From: Neodothiora populina
Taxonomy: Eukaryota
NCBI RefSeq assembly: GCF_041146345.1
Contig: NW_027191411.1
Span: 1,178,001-1,242,000, forward strand
Direction: 5' to 3'
Length of the DNA stretch: 64,000 nt
The notes under the pieces were generated by a model, which saw only the letters and a program-made list of their open reading frames with translations, had not been told where the DNA came from and searched no databases. A program made the position numbers and the translations under genes. How positions within the stretch are numbered: the stretch's first letter is position 1; each line of letters begins with the position of its first letter. This document shows positions 45,879 through 57,000 of this stretch, in pieces.

Positions 45879-48791
45879 GATTGATTATCACTACTAGTGA
45901 GTAAATTACTGCTGTAATTACTAAGGGGGATAAAGGTCCTTCCAGATCTTTTGTGGATGACAAAAGCAGCCGACATCTATTGTAATACGACGCGGGTACC
46001 CTCTTTGCTGGGGCTTCTTTCTTTGGCCTTGGGGGGGTTGTGCGTGCGTGTGAAAGAGTAGTCGGTGTAGACAATAGCAGACAGACAGGCAAGTAAAGTA
46101 GCAAGTTGATAGAGATGCGTGGTCCAGACCGGGGGGCAGGCAGTCGCGTGTAGATAGCTGCTCAAATCAGAACGGTCACAGAGAACAGAAGTAGTTGTAC
46201 TGTATAGCTCAGGTAGTCTTTCGAACTGTTCAAGTAGGTGAGGTAGGTAAGCAGCGATAGAAGAGGAAGAGAGAGAGGAAGAGATGGAACAAGAAGTCTA
46301 TATACCATGTACCTATCTAGAAAGAGTAAGGCCAGGTCACTCATGTGCCCACCTCCCCTCCCTTCCGTTTCCCTTCCTCAAACAACACCGGTCGCTTGGT
46401 CGGTCGTCGGTCGCTTGGTCGGACCCTGGTTCCATAGATAGAGAGATACCACTACTTTAGATAGCACTAATCCCCACAATTTCAGGACTGCAGCAGCTCT
46501 ACCTAAAGGTTTACCTTACCCGCCCCGAAAACTGTATTAGGGGAAAAGGAGCTTGCTTTCGAACGATTGATACTGCACGCATCACACATGATGCGTAACG
46601 GAATGCACGAGATATGCAGGGTACGAGGTTCTGCAGAGGGCGAAAAGGAAGGCTTTCGAGGCTTTCGCAAACCGTCTAGGTGCAGATCCGGATGCTATGC
46701 TTGTGAGATACCGCAGATAGAGCTTCGCGGCCCTTTTCCTTGTTCGACTGTAGTTTACCCTCATTTGCTTACTGCAGCATCTCGCACCGCCGCCTAGTTG
46801 CTCCCAGCACTTCCCCCCACATATCAACGCATCATTATGCATCGACAAACAAATGCCAGGTTGAATTATCGTAGGTGTAAAGAACAAGGCTTCGCTGTTG
46901 CTGCAACACAAAACCGGGTCTAGGGCTGGTGCCACAAAAGCTTGATTACAGGGACCCGAACGATGTGATGTTCGAGGGGAGGTGGGGTGAAGGTGGAAGG
47001 GTGCATTTCGCCTGTACTTCCCGAATAGAGCATAAGCGCGATCCGGCTGGCTCTCACACCTTTCCCAAGCAGGATTAGGGAATGGTTGGAAGCTAAGATA
47101 CAGCTAGGTTGCTTTAACCAGCATCTGAGCGATCACTGATATACGTAGATAGATACCTACAACCATCCAGTAGATAGGTGTTGTGTCACGTAATACCATG
47201 GGCGGAACGCTCTGGCCCGACCGGATGGGCCCTATTGATGGATATGAGCTTTTGCATGAGACTTGTACTTCGAAGCGTCTCTGCGATACATATCGTAAGC
47301 AGAATCACGATTGCGTGGTAGGAAAGTCGGGTAGTAGTATCTCGTGCTACACCTTAGTTTTCGCCGAGATAGGCTCGTATGAATCAATGAAGACAGTTCC
47401 TTGCTACGTCTCGACAGGCAAATTGTAGCTACACTATCTCCACAAGGGCTCATATAAGCAACCGTACGAAGGTCCGCCCTCTGAAGCTCCAGGGTATCGA
47501 TGACGGCGCTACAGCTGCTGCAAGGGCGTTAGTGGAGGAGCAGCTGATACAGTACATCAAGACACCAAAGCTGTGCACCTGACCGGAGAGTCCCGCTGCA
47601 TACCACTTAAAGGAGCCATCCAAGTCATAAACTTCTCGGCGTAGATGGGTGGCTCAGGCCCCGAGAGCCGCCGTCTCGAGATTTCGAACTCCACTGCACG
47701 GTCGTTGTAGTGCGTGGCATGTCGGAGAGTATGCTGATTCGCCGGGATGATACGATGACGGAGGATGTATTAGAGCTCCTCCACCCATCTGCGTCTTATC
47801 TGGTGTTCGCCGTTCTTATAGCTGTCATGACCACCGTGGCCCCTCTGATATGTCCGGCTTAACTCGCTGTTGTTCAACATGCCATGTGGATACTTGACGT
47901 CGCGATATATTGCTTTGTCAGAACGATCACCATCATGTTGCATTTCGGCCATATCTTGTTGGAGACGACCAGCTGGACTGGAAAACTCAACAGGGCATCA
48001 AACAAACGTTTAATATACTTCTCCCGGCACCTCACAACTGGGGAGAGCTTTACTCTAGCCTCTGCTCATGGGAATGTACAACCTTCTACTTACAGAGGAT
48101 CCATCATAGCTGCTACAGGGACATCAATCATCATTCTCTTTATGGTTTGACTTTCAGGCACCGGAGTAGGAGTCCACAGTAATTGCGATGAAGCTCCACT
48201 TACGAAAGTGAATTTTATGCCCACGCTATAGGTTTTCGACGCATAGTAGATTACTGGCACTCGATGGGGACCGGCATTATATATGGGGTCCAAGCAAGTG
48301 AACGCAGAGACATTGGAGACCAGCCCAACTCGAGGCACCACAATGGTGATGTCGGATCAACATGCTATGTTAGTAGTAGGTATCTCCCAACGGTAAGCTT
48401 AACTGCGGCAGTCATGCTTTGCAGATATGAGCATACGAATATCGTATCAACGATACTTCTAGCCCCAGTCATCCATTGGGTAACTTCACAGGTAGTGGGC
48501 CTCGATGGTTTACTTACATCCGTCGTTGAAGACATATGTAGGTGCTCCTCGATTTTGCTTTACCCTGCTCTTTCGCATATTTCATTGATGGGCCGAGTTC
48601 AATCAATTCAAGTCCTGCTCTGCAAGATCGCACCGTTGCTACGTGAGGCGTGATTCATGGTCCTGGCGCAGTAGTATATTATGCTCTTGCCCGTGAGGCT
48701 ATAGGCCCACCAACCCCATATCCAAGACTGCACGCTTGGCTGTAGGTCCTTCTGCCCGCCGTACATCTTCGCTTGTCCGACTTTGTGCATC

Positions 48792-49514
48792 TCAGCTACC
48801 AGTCTGCTCATTCGAAGCTTCAGTCTGTTCCGTACATATCTGCAAGATATTCCTGAAGCACCCGCCGAGTGCGTCAAGGTCATCTTCGCAATCGCCATCA
48901 CGCAAAAGTTGATGTGCTATCTTCTCACACAACTGTTGACTTTGCACAAGAGAAGCATCAGTGTCGCTCAAAGCCTTGGCTGTATGATCTTCGACACTGG
49001 CGGGGTCACATTGCCAGCTTCGTTTCCTCTGCACAGTCGGAGTGGCTTCAGGATGATGGATTGCTGAACCGAACCTTGTACGCATGCTGTCACTGCGCAT
49101 ACTCGGAATGGATGCCATACGAGCGGACATCTTACACTTGCGTACATGACCTCGACCGGCACTGATCCGCTGAACAAGGCCTTCGATCTGCTTCTGGATA
49201 TCGCCATCATAGTGGATGACTGTAATTTTCCTTGTCAAGGACGAAATAATTTGCCCATCATGAACGGCCCCAGCCGTTCTTAGGGCCAATGTCTCCGACG
49301 TAGCGAGGACTTGCTGGGTGTCTATGGGTGCAAGAGTATCTAGAGATGACGTCGCCTTCGGTCGCGAGATCGACTTGATATGCTGGATGGAGGCGTGCTT
49401 CGACCTCCACTCACTTACACTCGCAGTAAGCGTGTCGAGCGCCTGCAGCCATGCAGGAAGCTGTGCAACGAAATCCATGAAACACGTCAACAAAGTTCTC
49501 TCTTCTCTGTCCAT
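48792..49514 (-). CDS. Conserved fungal hypothetical protein (helical)
   Basis: Uninterrupted ORF with VIHYDGDIQKQIEGLVQRIS..RKCKM and QLCEKIAHQLLRDGDC blocks that I recall from a Pezizomycotina family of unknown function. Confidence 0.75.
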   Translation of the reverse strand: MDREERTLLTCFMDFVAQLPAWLQALDTLTASVSEWRSKHASIQHIKSISRPKATSSLDTLAPIDTQQVLATSETLALRTAGAVHDGQIISSLTRKITVIHYDGDIQKQIEGLVQRISAGRGHVRKCKMSARMASIPSMRSDSMRTRFGSAIHHPEATPTVQRKRSWQCDPASVEDHTAKALSDTDASLVQSQQLCEKIAHQLLRDGDCEDDLDALGGCFRNILQICTEQTEASNEQTGS

Positions 49515-50981
49515 AAATATTAGATATTGGGCCAACAGATCGCCGAGGAGTGGAATGATGCCGGTCTTGACTGTTAGTGAGCACGAATGTATAACAACTG
49601 GCCGTCGGATATACTTATAGATCCTGCAGCGCGATCCAGAGGCTGCGATGAAGGCTGTCCATCAGTTTGCTGCTTGATGAATATAGATGGGCAATACGAT
49701 GCACTTGATGGTCTACCAGGCTCGAACAGCCGCCGGCAACCATCGTGAATCCCGACAGGCCGGTCAGGCTCCAAGTCCATCGTAATTAGGGAGGACTCCA
49801 CCTTGTTCATACTGTACATCCGCCTATCCGAACCTCTATGATTGTCGAGGCAAAGTGGAGATGTGATCCCACGGCAGAGTACGCTAGCAACACATTATGC
49901 AGTATACAGGAAATCGTAGTGAAATGCGTCCGTGCAGCTGAGCATGCAGTCGCGATAGATTGATGGCCGAGCAATCTAAATTAGGGATCCCCACATCGCT
50001 GCATTTTCAATGGATGTTGCTGGTTCGAGCAGCAAAGATACTTGCTGATGCAATGTCTCTCGTGCATATGCATTCTGGACGATAATCCATTCCGATCTGG
50101 ATGTTGTGATTTGGATGCAAGAATGATGTAGTAGGTACGATGTAAATCGGAGACTGGAGATAACGTGTTAGAGATCGTCTTCCTTGTCGACGCACATGGC
50201 GAGTTGTCGCAGGAGTGTAGCTCAATCAGGGTTTATTGGTGTCGTGACACGTGGGGTGAAGTGCAGCCTAAAATGCTTGTTTCAAGGAGTGTCGTGTCCA
50301 TCTTCCCTCAAATAGATGCTGGCAGGATTGCGATAAGCAAGAACACCTGATCGTCGATTATTGGTTCATGTAAAGAAAAATATCTGAGGGGTCGAGGGGG
50401 CCGGAAGGATGTGAAAATGTAATCGAGGTACAGAAGGTCTTTAAGCGACGTGGCGACTGTGCTTACACATGCTACCTTACCTACCTTGACTTAGGCAGTT
50501 ACACGAAGGTGAATGCCACTCCAAGACGAGCAGTCTATACTGTTAATGGACTTGACCGAATCATGCGCTCTATCCTCGGCTAAAGCGCAGGATAGTATGA
50601 TTGCTCAATTGTCATAGGATGCAAACACTGCAACCGACTAATAAGAGCGCTCGCTACTTATTGTTTATTCTCCAAATATACGAGTATTGAAACATTCAAA
50701 GCAACGATAGTGTTGGTCAGCTCCCCCAGCTTTGCTAGAAGATAACAGCAGCATGTAAGTATATACAATACTACCATAGCCTTTGAAAACATGATCTGTG
50801 TAAGTAGTGCAGTCTTTCACAATTTGCGCATGCCTACGCACGCATTGTCACAAGATGACGGGAATGGTGATTCGAAATGGAAAAATGTTGTAATATTGGC
50901 AGACGTAGGAAATGTTGGTTCTCTTCATGTACAAGCGCTCGCTCTTGCAGGCCCGTATCGCTTTCGCGGAGCTGGATATTT

Positions 50982-51864
50982 TTACTTTGTGCGCACCATC
51001 TTGAGCTTCTTGGGGCTGTGAAGGAATTGGTTGGCGTAGGCCTTGGGGATGATTCTTCGCTCGTTGGGTTCTTGCACAAAGTACTCGTATCCTTGCTTCT
51101 CAGCGAAGTGGATGGCGTCGTCCTTGGACTTGAAGTTCAGGTGAGTGCCCTGCATGGCATCGGCCGATGATTGCCAGCCCATGAGGGGGTTCTCCCATCT
51201 GTGACCCTTGCTCATAACATCCCAGTCCATACGCCAGTGGTGAGCGTTCCAGTTGCCAGACTGAGTAGCGGTCTTGGCGGGGCGGTAGATGCTAAACAAG
51301 GAAGGGTGTTAGTGGTACAACACAGCGAAAGCAGCGACAATGGCTAGAGAAGGAATGCAGAGCCGCAGGTACAGAACTTGGCCAGCCGGCGAGATATGGT
51401 GGAGACTCACCGGACAGTGCGAGCCTGGAGATCGACGGGGGCACCAGAGACGACAGCGGCAGCAAGAGTGTCGCCGGGCTCGCTGCCATCCATGACGCGC
51501 ATGGGGACGGGGGAGAAAGAGCTGTTTGTAGTATGAGCCAAGCGGACCAGGACTTTTCTTCCGAGTCTTTCAGCAATGCTCACGAGGTTCTGTAGTCAAT
51601 GACGGCGTTCCAGTCGGGAGAATGTCTCGGTGCTGCCTTTCCACCGGTGGCAGTCTTCTCGGTCTCGCCCTTGGTGAGGTGGACGGGGCTCGGGGGCTCG
51701 GAGGTGGACGCGGTGGGACCCTCGTCACTGGCATTCTCTGTCTTGCTGGGCCTGTTGTTGGCGGTGTTCTGCCATCGTACGGCGCATGGCAATTGGTGTG
51801 AGAAGGTGGGCCTGGCTGCGGCGCCGAGCAGTCTGCTGGCTGCCAATCTGTTCATTGGCGACAT
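50982..51864 (-). CDS. NDUFS4: Complex I accessory subunit NDUFS4 (fungal 21 kDa / NUYM); exons 51864-51584, 51521-51411, 51291-50982
   Basis: Mitochondrial presequence; VSGAPVDLQARTVR|IYRPAKTATQSG, RWENPLMGWQSSAD, AIHFAEKQGY, KAYANQF. Confidence 0.95.
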
Positions 51865-52255
51865 GTTTATTGATGGTGTGTGTCTTCGGACTCGAGAGGC
51901 GGTGGTGGTGTATGTATGAGCCTCTCCAACCGTACAGTTGCCGGGAATTAGAACTGGCGTGGATAAGACGCTGTATTGTGTATTGGTGTATACACAGTAC
52001 TTGCCAAAGTGCTTTCACCCAGTCGCAGTGGTTGGAGGTGGTCAGCAATGCAGCCATGCAGCGAAGCCCCGATCAGCCAATCACAGTGCCTGACAACAAC
52101 GGCATTTCCCGTCACCTTCCGTCCTCCGACGTCCTCGACGCTCGGACCAGATGTGCAAGCCGGAGAGCACCTGCACCTCTACTGGGACACGACCTGAAGC
52201 AGTCGACGACCCTCGAGATCATATCGTATCTGTCCTCATACATTCAAAAGCAAAG
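51865..52255. promoter_or_regulatory. Bidirectional promoter shared by NDUFS4 and ATP17, with oppositely oriented CCAAT boxes
   Basis: 391 bp between divergent ATGs; ATTGG at 51982-51986 and CCAAT at 52077-52081. Confidence 0.6.
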
Positions 52256-52905
52256 ATGGTGTCCTCGCTCATTCCCCCTAAGGTATGTCATCTCCTCGTC
52301 GGATGTCAATTGACTCGCAAACATGTACTGACTGTCTCGCAGATCGCTTCGCCTTCTGTAAGTCCTCTCGCGCAAAACGTCTTCCGGACAGATTGTTACC
52401 AGACAACCTCAACCTCCGCCACGACCGCCGCCTTCCGTCTGCATAACCAGACATCTTCGAACGCATATCCACAAAAGTCTCCAAGGAAAAAGAGATCAGG
52501 ACTGACATTGGTTGTCTCCAGGGCCTTGGCGCAGCGCAAGACGCCGTCCGCATGCAGAGAGTCGTCTCTTTCTACGAGAGACTCCCCCGCGGTCCCGCTC
52601 CCGATGTCAAGCCCAGAGGTCTCCTCCAGAGATACCAGGCTCGCTACTTCGGCAAGAACCCATCGGCCATGCGTACGTCTGCCTCTGTCAACCTCGCCTT
52701 CGAGGGGTTGCCCAACGACTTGAAGCATCCATGCTGACACTTTCGCTACCAGCTCTTGTCCACATCATTGGCAGTCTGATCTTCCTCGGTTACGCTCAGA
52801 ACTACTACTTCCACTTGCGTCAGTCTCCGCCCTTCCGCGGGTGTCTCGAGAACACCTTCATGCTGACACAGACAAACAGGTCACCACAAGAACAACGCTC
52901 ACTAG
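52256..52905 (+). CDS. ATP17: Mitochondrial ATP synthase subunit f; exons 52256-52282, 52343-52357, 52522-52672, 52753-52818, 52880-52905
   Basis: Spliced product MVSSLIPPK-IASPS-GLGAAQDAVRMQRVVSFYERLPRGPAP..RYQARYFGKNPSAMPLVH..GYAQNYYFHLRHHKNNAH. Four canonical introns. Confidence 0.95.
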
Positions 52906-53717
52906 AGTGTTGTTGGCAAGTCATCCGGGTAGACAAGACAGGCGAGGCAACATCAGTAATGAGGGCCCCAACCTTTGTATTTAGAGTGTATAAGAAAGTC
53001 TTTTGAGGTCTGCTACACACCATACATGGTTGCCTTGTCGAGTGCCTTCCTCTCTCCTCGCTATTTCGCTCCCCGTCAGGGTGACGAGCATGATTGGTTC
53101 AGACAGCGTCTCTGATGAAAGCTTCTGGGTTGTACATGGATGCCTGATCTCGATCTACTACAGCCGAAGTTAAGGCCTCTTCTCTCGACGTCGTGGTAGA
53201 TTATGATATCCGTGATAAAGTGCCCTTGTTACCTCATCCTTGAGTGGTGACTACATTAAGTACCTTAATGTTTGTCGCACGGTGAGGAATCTTGTCAATC
53301 GCGACATTACTGTAGTGTACTTCGAGTGATGCAGTTCTGCGTGGCATCTCTGAAGGTTATTCCACCAGCCTCAATAAGAACATTTGAAACGGGCAGCTTG
53401 ACTGAATCCAGGCTGCCAAGTCTGTCATCGTTGTGCTACTGTAGGAAGCGTGAAGTCGCCGTCCAATACTATTGATATTACTGCCGCTAGCACCGCCTCT
53501 GCGATCATCGCTGCTGGCATCAAGGTACTCACCCATGTTCATCAAACACGGAATCAGTTTCTCACGAATTAAAAAGCGCACAAGCAGGTGAATAACAATC
53601 CGCAGGGTCGTCGAATCACGGCGGCGCATCTACTTCGGCTCAGCTTTCACGCGATACAAGTACTGGGCTGGCGCGGCGGCGGCCGCTGTGTCTTGACTCG
53701 TTCGCAGCTTCTCATCC

Positions 53718-53748
53718 TCGACGCTTCGACGCTTCGACGCTTCGACGC
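53718..53748. repeat. 8-bp tandem repeat (TCGACGCT) x~4
   Basis: tcgacgct tcgacgct tcgacgct tcgacgc. Confidence 0.9.
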
Positions 53749-54097
53749 ACTTGCTGCCATTGCGCTGGACGACCAGAAGAAGCAACTGCAAGTGACTGCA
53801 ACTTCCTCGAGTGCAGAGCTTGAAGAGTTGAAACAAACTCGCTGTCGTTCTCGCCGAAGTCCTTTATACTTCTCGCATTAGGTAAATATGATCACCCAGT
53901 CTTTTTCCATCCCCATCTAAAGGTCTTGGTTGCCTGTGTTTCGAGGCCTGCTTGTTGCACAAGTGTTGCAGACGTCGGGGCTTCGAGAACACATGATGTT
54001 GCCCATCTCTTCGCGCATTCGCCTCCTCCTCGCCCACTCCTCCCTCTTTACTCTTACTGACACCACTCGCCACGGCGCTCCAGACAGTCAATCTGTT

Positions 54098-57000
54098 ATG
54101 GCCGATCAGACCACCCACCATGTGGTAAACAGCGACAGGTCGACGGGCGAGCAGTCGTCCGTTGACGCACATGCCAACCAATCTTCTTCTGATGCTGCCC
54201 CTGCCGGCGACCACCCAATCGCCAAATCGACCGCTTCTGCTTCTGCTTCCTCTTCCACGCCCCTATCACAAGCATCTTCGACACATCCCTCTGCATCATC
54301 TCATGTAGCCAGCATGGATAAATCGACCCCTGATGCTGATAGCGCTAGCACGAATCCCGAACAACGACCAGTGTCTTTACCACAGCTTGCTGTCAACGGA
54401 AGTCACGATGCTTCGCATTCACACGATGACGCCAGCGCAGGCTCCGACACCGACACAAGTCGTGCGCGCAGCGTCGACCAGTCCAAGGAGGACACCTCGC
54501 ATCCCAGGTCGACATCGGTCAAGAAGCCCGCTTCCTTCAAGCCCGTCTCCGTGACCAAGACCTTCCTTGCGAAGACGGCTGGCGCCACCTCTGTATCTGA
54601 GCCCCCCCCGCGGATTACTCTGGCGGCCAAGAGTCCGGTGGCAGCTACTGTGCAGCCTGTGGCAAAGCCTCGACTTGTTGCGAAGTCTGGCAGCGCGATG
54701 CGTGACCTTCCCAGGCTGCGATCCGGCGACGGAGCTGCTGCCCCGGATGGAAGAACAGTATGGAACAAGAATCAGCCCGTCCCGCCGCCACCTCCCAAGC
54801 AGTTCACCGATGAGGAGTTGAAACAACAGTACGGTATTCACCTGGCAAGTCGCCTGCAAGAGGATGAGCAGGACGGCAAGTCCAAATGGGCAGATGAGGA
54901 CGACGACGAAGAGGACTGGGCCCCTGAGACTGTCGAGTGGATGGATGGTACAAAATCTACAGTTCATGCGGCAGAACAACAAGCAGCGGAACAAGCACAA
55001 GCGGCACAGGCTGCACAGGCTGCGCATGCGGCGCAAGAGACACAGGGACCACGCGCACCACAAGCGGCACAGGGAGCTCACTCGGCACAGGACACACAAT
55101 CAGCTCAACCCATGCAGTCAACTACGCCCGCCGTGGAGGACTCGTCTTCACAAGCCAGACCCACGTTGACAGCGTTGAAACGAACGGCGCTCTCGTCATC
55201 CACAACCAAGACCATCCTGAGACCAGGCGCTGCACAGCAGCATGCTAGGCAGAACGGGACCGGTCCTCAGGGCGCAGGCGACAAGCATTCTCTTGTCCCT
55301 AAGAGCGTCACTGCCGCTCCCGTCAAGTCTCCCTGGGCTCCTCTTCCTCCCGTCGACAAGGCTCCTCCCGTCATCATCAACCCACCCTCGGTTTCGCAAC
55401 AGCCTCAGCATTCCTCGAGATTTGGCCATCGCGATCCCCACGGCTTCGACTCATTCGACAACAACAACAACAATGCCCACTCGCATATGACCGAGCCTGC
55501 CCATGAGATTGCTGCCGATACATTCGACAGGTCCACTTGGCGCGATGGCCAAAGAGCTCACCGCGAGCTGTTCAACTCCCACTCTGGCCGTTACGAGCCT
55601 GTCCCTGAGAATCGTCGTCCTTCGAGACAGCATGACTCTGTGAGACAGCCTGCTCTGTTGCAGCGCTCATCCCATCATACAGGTGCACAGCCGGCCGAAC
55701 CTTCTGCTGCATTCCAGACTCGGCACAGCAGTCAGGCAGACTCTTCTTTCCAAAGCCGAAGGCGGACCTCGAGCCTCAGTGGCGGCAGCGCCTTCATTCG
55801 TGATCATCGTCCATCTGATGCCAGACAGCTCGAGCATCGTCCTACCTTTGACGAATCTGCTGACGACCACGCCGTCGAGCATGATGTGGATGCATCGGGC
55901 ACCGCTCCAGACAAGCCATCTGGGCTTGCCATTACTCGGCCCGAGGAGCAGGCGCCACCAGTGTCGTTGGAAGAGGAAATTGCGCGACAGCAGCAAGTCC
56001 TCCGGGAGTCTCGTGAGGCCGCCAAACGACGGAAGCAGGAAGAGTGGGAAAGAGAGGAAGCCGAGAAGAAGGAGAGGATTAGGAAACGGCTCGAGGCTCT
56101 TGCTGCAGCATCAGCTCCGGCTCAATCTGAACAACAAGACTCGACCGCTGACCAACCAAAACCGGCGGTGCAGGAGGCAAAGCAACTTGAGGTTGTAGAG
56201 CCTCCTGTCGTAGAGGCGGCACAGATCGAAGCCCAGCCTTCACGCATCGAATCGCAAGCTTCGCCACTGAGGTCCTCACCGAAGAAGCAAAGGCTTGCCG
56301 AGTCCAGCCCTACTCCTTTCACTCAGGCGCCGACGCCTTTTGCGCGCGCTGCTCCAAAGGCTCCCGTTTTCGAAGAACCTCAGCTGCCTGGCCTGAAACA
56401 GCACTCGCCCCAGATGTCGACTCGTACGCCATATCAGCGCCAGCCTTCTACACAGGCGCCGGCCGCGAGTATCCCCACCTCTACTTTCTCTTCCCCAGGA
56501 GACCATCAGGCTCAGCCTTTGCGCGGCATGCCAGCAATGTCTAACCTTACAAACCCCTCGGATTCTTTCCCTATATGGAGCAGTCCCAATATCGCAAGCC
56601 ACACGGCTCCAGGTAGCAACGTTTGGGGACCTCCTACAAACAACCGACATATCGGAAACGGCACCTTCGATACCGGCTATTCTCGCATGCCATCGGGTCA
56701 GCTACAACAGCACCAAAATGCCCCGTTCTCCTCCACACCTACCTTCGGACGTCAATACGCCCCCAGGATCTCGCCCCAAGGGTTTGGCGATCAACGCATG
56801 GGTCCAAATGCAAACATAGACTCTCGTGTAAGCGAGACCGTCGAGTCTCCCAAGTTCAACGGCACCTCGCCCTTGCCAGAGACCGCCCGACCGGCATATC
56901 AGCCGGCTCCCATCGCACCGCCTCAGAAAGCCGCTTCGAGATCTCAGAACCAGCAGCCCCGTGACACATCCGCCTGGACCAACTTTGCCATGCAAGCCCA

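Noticed and set aside
47700..48400. Patchy coding-like fragments, possible pseudogene
   Set aside because: No consistent frame, splice model or recognisable family.
53112..53150. CTGATGA as a hammerhead ribozyme core
   Set aside because: No stem II followed by GAAA and no cleavage-site stems.
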